Shown: one piece after another, positions 17,045-26,096 of the stretch | Position numbering within the stretch: position 1 is the stretch's first letter | How the letters are laid out: every line of letters starts with the position of its first letter | Virus record (IMG/VR): IMGVR_UViG_2740892274_000005 | Length of the DNA stretch: 44,169 bases | From: a virus | Taxonomy: Duplodnaviria > Heunggongvirae > Uroviricota > Caudoviricetes | Direction: 5' to 3' (one strand) | Program-made: the position numbers and the translations under genes | The notes under the pieces: model-generated | Database searches by the model: none | The model's input: only the letters and a program-made list of their open reading frames with translations | Told to the model about the DNA's origin: nothing

Positions 17045-19088
17045 AGTTCCCTCCGTTCCAGACGTTCACATCCAGGCCATGCTGTGCGGTATCATCCACA
17101 TCAATACTGCGCGCCCGCCAGCCTTCAGGGGCAACAAGCTCCACCCGTGCGGCGGTTTTCGCGGTGGCCTGTCCGCCGTTTTCGTCACTGCCGCCACGCA
17201 GTTTCTGCCAGGCCTGCGTCAGCCAGCCCCCCAGATAATCACCGAGATAGCTGCCCACCGTGGAACCAATGGCAACCCCGACCGGACCGGCAGCCGCCCC
17301 CAGCGCGCCACCGGCGATACTTCCGGCAAGGGAACCCACGGCACCGGCTTTATCGGCTGCACTGGCGCTGCTGTCCAGCAGTACAGGAGCCGCCATGGCA
17401 CCGGCCCACAGGGCACCACCACCCAGCCGACCGGCACCACGGAACAGCCCGGCAAAACGCCCCAGCCCCATGCGGTTTCCGGCCGCCGTTAGCAGACCAC
17501 CGGCACGGCTCATCATACGACCGAAGAAGCCCTGTTTACCGGCACTCTCCGCCAGTTGCTCACCGGCAGTCACGACGGTCGTGACACCCCGTCCACGTCC
17601 GGGGCCGCGTTTTTTACGGCCGCGCACGGTTTTGCCGTCACCGCTGACCACCACATCCCCGCCACCTGAGGCCAGGCCACCCGCAGGCCAATTGGTGACC
17701 AGCACGGGCTGAACGGCAGCCGGATTTACCCCGGTAAGGAAATTCAGGAACCGGCCAGCGCGTCCGGGCTGCGTTCCCGGTACAGTGGTCTGCGGTTTGC
17801 GGAAGGGCGACGTCAGCACGGAGGTCATCGCCATGCCATAGCGTAAGGGGGTTGCGCCGAGACGTAATGCCCCCGTCCCCGCAAACCTGAGCACCTTCAG
17901 CGCACGGGAGGCGAGATACATATACATCAGGTACTTTGCGGCGGTCTGCGCACCCTGACCAATGCGATCCAGCGCATCGCCATAACCGGCGTCGCGCAGT
18001 GCCTGAAGCGTTTCCCTGACTTTCTGAATGACCCGGTAAAAGCCGGTCGCAGCGTCTCTGGCATACTCAAATCCCTGATTCAGGGCTGAGGCCGTCTGTG
18101 TGGCCAGCTTATCCTGTAAGCCGCTTTTCTGTGCCGCATCAGCATAATCCAGAAAGCCTTTCAGGCTCTTTTTCAGGCTGTCAAACGGTCCCTTTGCCAT
18201 CACCTCGCGGGCAAATCCGTCCCAGACATCGCCCATCATGGACGTCATTCCCGTCCAGGAATTCATGGCGTTTTTCTGGGCACCTTTTGCCTGTTCGGCC
18301 ATCACCTGAAATAACAGGCGAATGCTGTCCGGTCCCAGTTTTCCTTTCTCGCCTTTCTCACGGATGATCTTCTGGTTTACACCCAGCTTATCGGCCAGCA
18401 ACTGGTAAACGTTAATCCCGTATCCGGTCAGAATATTGGCGTCCGCTGCCTGGATACTCTGGCGGGCAAACATCTGTTTGAGTTGCAGGGACGCACCCTG
18501 TGCATCTGACAGTGACCAGCCGTGATAGCCGCCCTGATCCTGAAGCATGGTAATAAAGCGACGGGCTTCCCTGTCACTCATACCGAACCCGCGACTGGAG
18601 GCGTATTCCTGCATAACCCCCGCCAGCCCCCAGGTGGTGTCTTTGGCGTTCTGTACCGCCCAGGCTTTCACTGCTTCCGTTTTTGCCGTATCGCCATGAT
18701 TAATGGCGTTGAGACGCAGAATATAGTTCTCCATCTCTGCGGCCGGGCGGATAAAGGCTTTATTAAACCCGTAGACCGCAGCCCCTCCCGCCAGCATCCC
18801 GTAAAGGTTGCTTATCCGCCCGATGGTGCCGGTAATGCTGCCCTGAAGGCGGTCAAAATCTGACGTCACCGTGCGGATACTGCCACGAACACCGGCAAGC
18901 GTTCGCTGCATACGGGAGCCGACAAGTTCTGTCTCCTGACCGGCACGACGTGCTGCATTTCCAAGACCACCCAGCCCCGTCCTGCCGGAACGGGAGAATG
19001 CCCCCAGCTCCTGTGACCACTGGCGGGATTTGGCAGAAATATTGCCGAGTAAATCGACAATCAGGGAGGCTTTCAGGTTTTTTGCCAT
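17031..19088 (-). CDS. Tail tape measure protein
   Basis: 685 aa with Gly/Ala-rich segments and a long helical region, located between the chaperone pair and the baseplate genes. Confidence 0.8.
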   Translation of the reverse strand: MAKNLKASLIVDLLGNISAKSRQWSQELGAFSRSGRTGLGGLGNAARRAGQETELVGSRMQRTLAGVRGSIRTVTSDFDRLQGSITGTIGRISNLYGMLAGGAAVYGFNKAFIRPAAEMENYILRLNAINHGDTAKTEAVKAWAVQNAKDTTWGLAGVMQEYASSRGFGMSDREARRFITMLQDQGGYHGWSLSDAQGASLQLKQMFARQSIQAADANILTGYGINVYQLLADKLGVNQKIIREKGEKGKLGPDSIRLLFQVMAEQAKGAQKNAMNSWTGMTSMMGDVWDGFAREVMAKGPFDSLKKSLKGFLDYADAAQKSGLQDKLATQTASALNQGFEYARDAATGFYRVIQKVRETLQALRDAGYGDALDRIGQGAQTAAKYLMYMYLASRALKVLRFAGTGALRLGATPLRYGMAMTSVLTSPFRKPQTTVPGTQPGRAGRFLNFLTGVNPAAVQPVLVTNWPAGGLASGGGDVVVSGDGKTVRGRKKRGPGRGRGVTTVVTAGEQLAESAGKQGFFGRMMSRAGGLLTAAGNRMGLGRFAGLFRGAGRLGGGALWAGAMAAPVLLDSSASAADKAGAVGSLAGSIAGGALGAAAGPVGVAIGSTVGSYLGDYLGGWLTQAWQKLRGGSDENGGQATAKTAARVELVAPEGWRARSIDVDDTAQHGLDVNVWNGGNYGLY

Positions 19089-19091
19089 GGG

Positions 19092-19286
19092 TTACTGCTT
19101 CGTTCTGAGAATTTTTTCGGTCTGTCGGCAGTGCCGGTAAAGCTGCGATAAGGGGAGGTTAAGCGCCCACTCCGGGCCGCTTTTTGTCACCATCCCCAGC
19201 ACAATTGCGGCTTCTTCAATCTGATCCCGGCACTGCATCTGGTCGCCCCCGTTCAGCGACCAGCTTTCCGGCCATCGCGGAATCAA
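19092..19286 (-). CDS. Frameshift extension of the tail assembly chaperone (GT-like product), no convincing independent start
   Basis: Frame is +1 (equivalently -2) relative to 19216..19692 and overlaps it by 71 nt. The overlap contains GAACGGGGGCGACCAG. The tracked start is a TTG with no RBS. Confidence 0.45.
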   Translation of the reverse strand: MIPRWPESWSLNGGDQMQCRDQIEEAAIVLGMVTKSGPEWALNLPLSQLYRHCRQTEKILRTKQ

Positions 19287-19692
19287 GCAGGCTTACTGCC
19301 GCCATCAGTCGGGAGAGATCGCGCTCGCTGAGCTGTCCTATCTGACGCGGAGACAATGGCCCCTCAATCTGGCCGACAGCGGCAATCTGACGGCGCAGCA
19401 GCGCAATGCCGCGCAGTGCCGGTGAGGCCACAAGAACCGGACCGTTTCGGGTTTCCATAAGACGCTCGGCCTCGCTCTCCGCATCAATGCTGTCTTTTGC
19501 CGTCAGTTCGCGGAAGGTGACGCGGTATTCACGGGATTCCCCGAACGGCAGACCGTCGAGCAGATCCACATAGCCGTTCGCCAGTTGTTCAGCCAGCCCG
19601 GCGGTGCGGGGATCGCCGTCTTCAAGTGCATCCCGGATAGCCTCCATCACGGCCTCGTCAGAAACCGCCGTTTTTTTCTTACGTGTGCTCAT
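19216..19692 (-). CDS. Tail assembly chaperone (Mu gp41 / lambda G analogue)
   Basis: 158 aa between the tube and tape-measure genes. Its 3' end overlaps a second frame (19092..19286), as in the conserved frameshift chaperone pair. Confidence 0.6.
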   Translation of the reverse strand: MSTRKKKTAVSDEAVMEAIRDALEDGDPRTAGLAEQLANGYVDLLDGLPFGESREYRVTFRELTAKDSIDAESEAERLMETRNGPVLVASPALRGIALLRRQIAAVGQIEGPLSPRQIGQLSERDLSRLMAAVSLLDSAMAGKLVAERGRPDAVPGSD

Positions 19693-19706
19693 TACATTTT
19701 TCCTGA

Positions 19707-20072
19707 TTACTGGACACGGGTACTGGTGGCGCTGGCGAACTTCGCGGAGATATCACCACCACCGTCAAGCGAGGCCGGTTCACTGCTCCAGGCCTTCGTC
19801 ATCATGTGGACTTCACCGGTATCGGCCACGAACTCAATCGTGACCGCAGTCCAGGTGTTGATTTCATCGGCAGCCGGTGAACCTTCTCCGCCCGCCGGGA
19901 ATTTACAGTCCAGCGTCGCCTCACGGGGTTTCTCGCGATAGCCGTAAACTTTCGCGCCTTTCACCACTTCACGCTCAAAGCCGGACGGGGAGAACGTGGC
20001 CCCCTCAAGGGTGTCGTACTCCTGCCCGTTCACACGGATGGTGGCCGTGCCCTGATACTGTTTTCCGCTCAT
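19707..20072 (-). CDS. Tail tube protein (Mu M-like)
   Basis: 121 aa directly downstream of the sheath gene: MSGKQYQGTATIRVNGQEYDTLEGATFSPSGFEREVV.... Confidence 0.75.
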   Translation of the reverse strand: MSGKQYQGTATIRVNGQEYDTLEGATFSPSGFEREVVKGAKVYGYREKPREATLDCKFPAGGEGSPAADEINTWTAVTIEFVADTGEVHMMTKAWSSEPASLDGGGDISAKFASATSTRVQ

Positions 20073-20080
20073 GCCTTACC

Positions 20081-21583
20081 TCACAAAATGAAACGGATCT
20101 GCGCGGCCATGAAGCGGAACTGGTTAACCAGATCCGGTGTACACATCACATCCAGACGGTTACGGTCTTTTGTGTTGCGCTCCACGAGCAGATTCTTTTT
20201 AAAGGTGTCCAGATTTTCGACCAGTCCCAGATCCACCCATTCTTCCCCCAGCGAAATTAACTGAAGTTTCATGATCTCCGGTGTCACGATATTCTGACCG
20301 GCACGAACGGGCGTCCCGTCATCAGCCAGTTTATGGCGCGGAAAACGCTGCGTGATAAAGGTGCGCAGGGAATAACGCAGATATGACAGGGTGTAGATGG
20401 TTTCCACATCCAGATAGCTGGGATCGATTTCGCCGTATGCATTCTGACGGTACATCGTCACCTGACGTTCAATCTGCACCACATCCGCGGCCGCGACGGT
20501 CACCGTGGACATGCCGGTATAAAGCAGGCTGTTTCGCTCTTCCCGCGTCAGACGATCCGGTGCTTCAGGTGCCATACGGGCAGGCAGCGCCAGTGTCTGT
20601 AATGGTCGGGCCGGATCCGTTGACAGGGAGGGCGCACAGACCGCACAAATGGAGGCAGCCCAGACATAATCCGGCTCTGGTGCTTTAGGAATAGAAGTGC
20701 AGGTAAACAGGAAGTCATTACGGGATTCACCAAAACTGGTTGCCGTACCGAAGGTGCCGGTATGCGCCATCCAGACCATACCGTCCGACATTTTTACCGG
20801 TCCCCAGCGTTTCAGCAGTTCATCCGCCAGAATTTTGAGATTTGCCGCATCCTTATAGGGCATGACGATGTAGTTGTACTGACGATTCCCCATCCCTGAG
20901 ACGCTACGGGTGATATCGGGGTTTGTTGCCTTCTGTGTTGGCGCGACGAGCTCCAGCGTAAGACCGGCCGGTGTAGTTTCACCGTCATAATAGTTCACCC
21001 GTAAATCATGAGCTGAGCATTCACCGATAAAGCGGGCGTTAACCCCCATGCTGCCTTTAAGTCCTTCAGCATTATCACCACTGACTTCAGCTGCGATAGC
21101 AGTGAATGGCGCATCAGTGTCAGCGTTAATGACCTTAGCCAGCTCTTCCACAAGCTCTTTACCTTTTTTCCCCTTACTGACGGGCAGGAGGTAACGGCGA
21201 CCGCCGATGTAAACACTTAACACCCCGTCTGCCAATGCTGTTCCAATGATATTCATCACGCATGCCCTGGACTGACCTGTTCCAGCCCCCTGTGCAATGG
21301 CATATAACTCTGTGTCAGGGTTAATGGCGATAAATTCCTCTACCATCAGTGCAATCATGGAACCTCGCCCCCAGAGTTCTCTTGCTTGTGAAGCTCGGGT
21401 AATACGTACTGGTACATCAAGCTGACCGCGCCCCTGAATGGTAGTGTCTTTCATTGCAGCCTGACCAAACAACAGTACCGCCTGACGCTGTGGTGGAGTG
21501 CCGGTCACGGCCATTGAATTATTGATTTCAATCTGTACCAGCGGAATGCGATTGTTATCGCCGATATAATCAAAGTTAATCAT
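20081..21583 (-). CDS. Contractile tail sheath protein (Mu L-like)
   Basis: 500 aa upstream of the tube gene. Canonical sheath-tube-chaperone-tape measure order. Confidence 0.85.
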   Translation of the reverse strand: MINFDYIGDNNRIPLVQIEINNSMAVTGTPPQRQAVLLFGQAAMKDTTIQGRGQLDVPVRITRASQARELWGRGSMIALMVEEFIAINPDTELYAIAQGAGTGQSRACVMNIIGTALADGVLSVYIGGRRYLLPVSKGKKGKELVEELAKVINADTDAPFTAIAAEVSGDNAEGLKGSMGVNARFIGECSAHDLRVNYYDGETTPAGLTLELVAPTQKATNPDITRSVSGMGNRQYNYIVMPYKDAANLKILADELLKRWGPVKMSDGMVWMAHTGTFGTATSFGESRNDFLFTCTSIPKAPEPDYVWAASICAVCAPSLSTDPARPLQTLALPARMAPEAPDRLTREERNSLLYTGMSTVTVAAADVVQIERQVTMYRQNAYGEIDPSYLDVETIYTLSYLRYSLRTFITQRFPRHKLADDGTPVRAGQNIVTPEIMKLQLISLGEEWVDLGLVENLDTFKKNLLVERNTKDRNRLDVMCTPDLVNQFRFMAAQIRFIL

Positions 21584-21861
21584 CAGGACGTCCCCTTATC
21601 TGATGCTGCGGTTTTTTCAGCCACCGCCGCAGTTTTTTCTGCTACCGCTCCCGCTGGTTTTGCCGCCGCGCCGGTATTAGCAGTTGTGGCAGCCGGGGCA
21701 GGCTCCGCCGTTTTATCCACCACAATGACGTCGCCATCATTAAGACGGCGGCACCAGAACGGAGTGAAGGGTTTCTCTTCCCCGTCCTGAGAGAGCGGAG
21801 TCATCGTGTCGGGATCGCGGATCAGGCATCCCGGCGCAGGTTTAATAAAAATGGTTGTCAT
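21583..21861 (-). CDS. Mu gp38-like small protein
   Basis: 92 aa with an Ala-rich C-terminus, between the head-completion genes and the sheath gene. Assigned by synteny. Confidence 0.5.
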   Translation of the reverse strand: MTTIFIKPAPGCLIRDPDTMTPLSQDGEEKPFTPFWCRRLNDGDVIVVDKTAEPAPAATTANTGAAAKPAGAVAEKTAAVAEKTAASDKGTS

Positions 21862-21864
21862 CTG

Positions 21865-22428
21865 TTATTCCTCTGACAGTCCGGCGTTTTCACCGGCGGC
21901 AGTTGCACCAGGCAGACGGATGTGTGCCTTAAATTCCGGCGTGCCTTCCGGTTCGGTAAAGGTTTCGTAATGGCGCAGGAAATCATCCAGCGAGCTGATA
22001 TCCGTCAGCGGGTCGATCATTTCCTCGCATGAGAAATACAGGGCGTACATCACGGCACCGCTGCCTGCCTGCGTTTCGGTGTAACCGTTGACCGCCTTTT
22101 CAAAGTAAAGCGGTGAGGTTTTTTCTGCTCTGAAGCCGTCCAGCACGGTAATCAGGCGGGCCACAATCTGATAAAGCCCGGGACGGCTGACCTCACGGCC
22201 ATTGAGCATGTCGCCGATGACGTAGAACACCCAGTGACTGACCAGACGCCCACGGGTACGCCCTTCACCGGCACCCAGCCAGGCAACATAGATAGCCGGG
22301 GCGTTAATCAGCATGGTGCGCAGTACGCTGTCGCTCCAGTCGCCGGGATGTGTGTCAACAGACACCAGTTCATTCCCGAAATACTCACGGATACGGGCGA
22401 TGTACGCCTGCTCGGTTTCCGTAATCAT
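21865..22428 (-). CDS. Head-tail joining / tail completion protein (Mu gp37-like)
   Basis: 187 aa. Assigned by synteny with the Mu J-K region. Confidence 0.5.
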   Translation of the reverse strand: MITETEQAYIARIREYFGNELVSVDTHPGDWSDSVLRTMLINAPAIYVAWLGAGEGRTRGRLVSHWVFYVIGDMLNGREVSRPGLYQIVARLITVLDGFRAEKTSPLYFEKAVNGYTETQAGSGAVMYALYFSCEEMIDPLTDISSLDDFLRHYETFTEPEGTPEFKAHIRLPGATAAGENAGLSEE

Positions 22429-22844
22429 ATAAAGCCCTTCTGGTTGCGCCCGAACACCGCCGCATCAGACTGCACCTGCGGTAAATCCCCGGATTCAGGG
22501 GCCGCACCGTCTGTATCCACGCCGACCGGCACGTTACCGTTCATGACATCTTTCAGCCAGGCCAGCGCCTCACGGTAACGGTCACGCGCCTGATCGGATG
22601 CCCGCTGATCGCACAGGTAATAAAAGGCAATCGTGCAGCAATGCTGAACAAGGACCGCCGGAACCACCGCCAGCGGCAGCGTGTAACGGGAAGACAGATA
22701 GCTGTCGATAAGGGCAGACGCGTCCGTCAGTGCCCGGTTCAGCTTGCGCGTGTCCGGTTCATCCGAACGGGGCACGGCCAGTAATGGCCTGAGCAAATCC
22801 TCGCGGTAACGTGCCCGCATATCGGTTTCGGTGGCGTAATTCAT
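22425..22844 (-). CDS. Head completion protein (Mu gp36-like)
   Basis: 139 aa, overlaps both neighbours by 4 nt. Assigned by synteny. Confidence 0.5.
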   Translation of the reverse strand: MNYATETDMRARYREDLLRPLLAVPRSDEPDTRKLNRALTDASALIDSYLSSRYTLPLAVVPAVLVQHCCTIAFYYLCDQRASDQARDRYREALAWLKDVMNGNVPVGVDTDGAAPESGDLPQVQSDAAVFGRNQKGFI

Positions 22845-23200
22845 GCGCGCGCCTTTTTCGCCTGTCTGGCGTTATTGCCGGTCTTTTTCCGGGGAGCATC
22901 CTGTACGGTTTCGGCTTCGGCTAAATCTGCACCGGTCTCTGCATGAACCACACCCGCCACGGCTCCCGCATCATCACCAGGCGTCTGTAGTATTCGTACA
23001 GTGAGGCATGGCTCCGCTTCCAGTCGGGCAAGCTGCTCCGGGGTGACGTCAACCTGCTGGCGTCCCCGCATGAACAGGAACCCCGCACGACGAAAATGCG
23101 TACGACTGCAACGCACTTCTGCCAGTACCGTGACAGGACTGTCACCACTGACCTGAAGGCCTGAATCATCTGTTGCTGCCACAGTGTGATGTTCATTCAT
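22841..23200 (-). CDS. Mu gp35-like protein
   Basis: 119 aa immediately downstream of the major capsid gene. Assigned by synteny. The alternative frame 22921..23196 is treated as spurious. Confidence 0.45.
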   Translation of the reverse strand: MNEHHTVAATDDSGLQVSGDSPVTVLAEVRCSRTHFRRAGFLFMRGRQQVDVTPEQLARLEAEPCLTVRILQTPGDDAGAVAGVVHAETGADLAEAETVQDAPRKKTGNNARQAKKARA

Positions 23201-23243
23201 ATTTGCCCTCCGCAGGGGCCGGGCCGTAAGCCCGGCTCACCGT

Positions 23244-24191
23244 TTACAGATAATCCGCGACAACCAGCTCCAGCTTGCCCTTCATCTCGTTAGAGACTGT
23301 GGCGTTACCGTCTGCGAACAGCTCGCGCTCCAGCAGCTGCACCGCCTGTTTTTCCAGCGAGGTGGGGACAACAATATGGGTGGGTTTGATGCCGAGTTTG
23401 CGGCCACCGTCAGCCTTAAAGTCACGCATGGCTGACCAGCCGTGCCACAGCGCATCCAGCGTCAGCGGTGACTGCATCATGTAGGCCATCTGCCAGAAGC
23501 CGTAGCCCACATTGCGACGGGCGGAAGCACCGAACACAAACTCGTTATCAGTAAACGCACGGCCTTCATCGACTTTTGTCTGGGCAACCAGTTCGGCTTT
23601 GCGGCGATCCTGATAAATCAGCGGTTTTACCGCGCGGGAGCAGTCAAGCAGATACCAGGCCGGGCCGCTGTAATCCGCCTGTGCACCGACAGAGCCGGTT
23701 TTTGCCACAAACATATTGCTGACCATCTGTGCATCACCGGAGCCATCCACTTTGGGGTAAACAGGGTGTTCGGTATCAAAGAAGTTCTGGCCGTCATAGC
23801 AGGCCGCATTCAGACCATCACGCAGTGCAGCAAAGACCAGTTCATCCGGTTGTGCCGCAGCGGCACGACCCATTTCCTGGAATAACGGGGAGTAGATGCC
23901 GAGATTGTCGTCTTCAAAGTCATCGCGGCTAATGGCAACGGTGCCTTCAAAGGTTTTGTTCACGATGGCGTAGCCATAGGCTTTCATCTTCTCGATGACG
24001 CGGGAGCCGATCCACTCACGGAACTGCGGGAACTGCCCCAGCCAGCCGTAGGTGTTGGATTTCGAGGTGGACGGCACGGTCATCGCAATTTTCTGGTACT
24101 GCGACGGAGCCATGGACATCCCGGCCTGAAAATCAGAACGGTAGCCCGTCATCAGGGCGGTGATCATCGCCGGTGTAATCGGGGTAGGCAT
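23244..24191 (-). CDS. Major capsid protein (Mu T-like)
   Basis: 315 aa, MPTPITPAMITALMTGYRSDFQAGM...TYGWLGQFPQFREWIGSRVIEKM... resembles Mu major head subunit T as I recall it. Follows the protease/scaffold gene. Confidence 0.85.
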   Translation of the reverse strand: MPTPITPAMITALMTGYRSDFQAGMSMAPSQYQKIAMTVPSTSKSNTYGWLGQFPQFREWIGSRVIEKMKAYGYAIVNKTFEGTVAISRDDFEDDNLGIYSPLFQEMGRAAAAQPDELVFAALRDGLNAACYDGQNFFDTEHPVYPKVDGSGDAQMVSNMFVAKTGSVGAQADYSGPAWYLLDCSRAVKPLIYQDRRKAELVAQTKVDEGRAFTDNEFVFGASARRNVGYGFWQMAYMMQSPLTLDALWHGWSAMRDFKADGGRKLGIKPTHIVVPTSLEKQAVQLLERELFADGNATVSNEMKGKLELVVADYL

Positions 24192-25324
24192 TATTGCATT
24201 TCCTCTTTCATTTTCAGGAACTCGGCTTCGGTTTTACCCAACAGACGTGCGGCGGCGATATCTTCAGCCGACAGCACAGCGGTGGCGGTCTTTTTATCCG
24301 GCACGGTTACGGTGTCGGTCTGAAGAGTGGTCAGAGCCGCAACCGGCTGGCGGGCGTCAAGCTGTGCAGAAAGTGCCGCGACGCCAATCTGTTGTCCGAG
24401 TCCTTCCATGTATCCGCGTTCGCTTTTGAAAATGCGTCCTTCGGACTCGGCCTTATCCAGCAACTGCTCCAGCGTGGTGCTGCCGTGTTGTGCCGACAGC
24501 GCGGCATATTCGGTACGCAGGGCGTTATACGTCTCAACGGGCACATATTTCGTCAGATCAATAGTGCCGCCAGTTGGTGTGCCTTTTGCGGTTTCCAGTT
24601 CTGCCGACAGGCTGGCAACCTGCGTTTTCAGGGTGTCGTGCGCATCCGCACGGGTTTTGATCCCGGTAAGGGCAGACAGCGCCGCCGTGCCCAGTTCCGG
24701 TGTAAATTCGTCACCGTCAGCCACGGTCAGACCGAGCGCCGTCAGCAACTGGCGTAATTGCTCATTCATGGGGGATTGCTCCTGAGAAGGGGAAACGACA
24801 TAGAGATCATCAGCACTGAGTGCCGCGACAGGGTTCATACCCGTAATACCCGGATCATTCGTCAGGGAAGCCATGCGCAACAGGTAGGGTTCCCCGGTGT
24901 CAGCGAAATAATGCATATATGCAGACAGATAGGCATATTCACGGTCATCAATATGTTTTTGTGCCTGTGGTGTCCATTCAGGTTTAATGAAAATCCCCTG
25001 ACCCTCACGCCATTCGATGTTTTCCGGCTTAACCCATCCTGCAGCAATAGCCTTGAATCCGTTTTTCTGCGCATTCACGGAGTGATGGTCATAATCAATC
25101 AGTAACGGCTGATGCAGGGCGGAAAGCCCGGCTTTCATCCGGTTACAGGCGGATTCGTTAATCAGCCAGCCTTCAGTCGGTTTTTCCGGGCGACCGTCAC
25201 GGGCCTTTACCCGACCGGCTGGCAGTAACTGACACCATCCGTCGCCGGATGCAGTCAGCGAAGCTGAAAGCACGGCTAAACCGGAGGGGCGATTTGCGTC
25301 TTTTGGGTGATTTTCTGTCTTCAT
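24191..25324 (-). CDS. Head maturation protease with nested scaffold (Mu I/Z-like)
   Basis: 377 aa with an N-terminal protease-like region and a C-terminal helical, Ala/Glu-rich scaffold-like region. Immediately upstream of the capsid gene. Confidence 0.8.
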   Translation of the reverse strand: MKTENHPKDANRPSGLAVLSASLTASGDGWCQLLPAGRVKARDGRPEKPTEGWLINESACNRMKAGLSALHQPLLIDYDHHSVNAQKNGFKAIAAGWVKPENIEWREGQGIFIKPEWTPQAQKHIDDREYAYLSAYMHYFADTGEPYLLRMASLTNDPGITGMNPVAALSADDLYVVSPSQEQSPMNEQLRQLLTALGLTVADGDEFTPELGTAALSALTGIKTRADAHDTLKTQVASLSAELETAKGTPTGGTIDLTKYVPVETYNALRTEYAALSAQHGSTTLEQLLDKAESEGRIFKSERGYMEGLGQQIGVAALSAQLDARQPVAALTTLQTDTVTVPDKKTATAVLSAEDIAAARLLGKTEAEFLKMKEEMQ

Positions 25325-25501
25325 ACCGGCAGCATAAGCCGGGTATTTTTGGGGCTGGTTTTGCGGGACTTCAGAAAGTGCTGACAGGGGGGGAATGAGA
25401 AAGGCGCTTCACGCAGATTTTAAAGCCCGTTAAATACAGGTTAGAAAATCACGACACGCGCCTGAAGGGGGTAAGGTAATACGTTTGCATACCTTAAACC
25501 A

Positions 25502-25975
25502 TTACGGCGTTTCTGTGGCCTTTTTAAAGCGTTTTCTGATTTCGTCCATGATCTCCTGTTCTGCCACCTGATCAAAGCCCATATACGGACGTGCGCCAAT
25601 GGCCGCCGGTCCCGGTGGCATACCAGGCAGGCCACCCCACTGATGAATGGCTGCATAAGGTTCATTTGATCCAATCAGCGCCCAGGTATCGCCATAATCC
25701 GTGGTCAGGCGGCGGGCCAGATCGCCGTTCAGCGTCAGGATTTTGCCGGGCGTGTATCCCTTACGGGTACGCCACTCACGGTAAGGATCTGACCAGTCAT
25801 GCCAGCGTTCACCATCCGGCTCTTTTTCCTGCTCAAACGCCATTTCTGACGATGACAGAAGACTCGCCGCCACACTGCGGGCCAGGTCTTTTCCGCCGCC
25901 CACAAACTGAAGCCGGGCAAACACTCGCTGGAGACGCGTAACGTCAACAACGACAGCTGCATCAATGGATGACAT
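25502..25975 (-). CDS. Virion morphogenesis protein (Mu G-like)
   Basis: 157 aa between the F-like and protease genes. Synteny plus recalled family features. Confidence 0.75.
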   Translation of the reverse strand: MSSIDAAVVVDVTRLQRVFARLQFVGGGKDLARSVAASLLSSSEMAFEQEKEPDGERWHDWSDPYREWRTRKGYTPGKILTLNGDLARRLTTDYGDTWALIGSNEPYAAIHQWGGLPGMPPGPAAIGARPYMGFDQVAEQEIMDEIRKRFKKATETP

Positions 25976-26096
25976 ATTGCCTCCGCATAAAGGATGAATA
26001 TAAAATAAACAGGCGGTCAGTGTACGCTTAACTGGTAAAGTCGGTGCCTGCCTCCGGGTGGATCATGTATGCGGGTTCGACCCCCGCCACTGACCG

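Noticed and set aside
16787-17712. Long plus-strand ORFs (16787..17584, 17260..17712 and others) with Pro/Arg/Ala-rich translations
   Set aside because: They lie antisense to the tape-measure and circularisation genes in high-GC DNA, have no RBS and low-complexity composition; typical antisense artefacts. The same applies to 12780..13412, 28429..29028, 30976..31596, 40297..40854 and 41146..41664.
22921-23196. 91-aa ORF in an alternative frame on the same strand as the gp35-like gene
   Set aside because: Almost entirely contained within 22841..23200 with no separate RBS; treated as a spurious overlapping frame.
26016-26094. tRNA-like element: T-arm-like hairpin GCGGGTTCGACCCCCGC (26071..26087) flanked by a 7-bp acceptor-like pairing GTCAGTG/CACTGAC
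   Set aside because: I could not build a D-arm or anticodon arm by hand, the spacing is too long for a class I tRNA, and there is no CCA or terminator context. Probably coincidental; worth a tRNAscan/ARAGORN run but not called.
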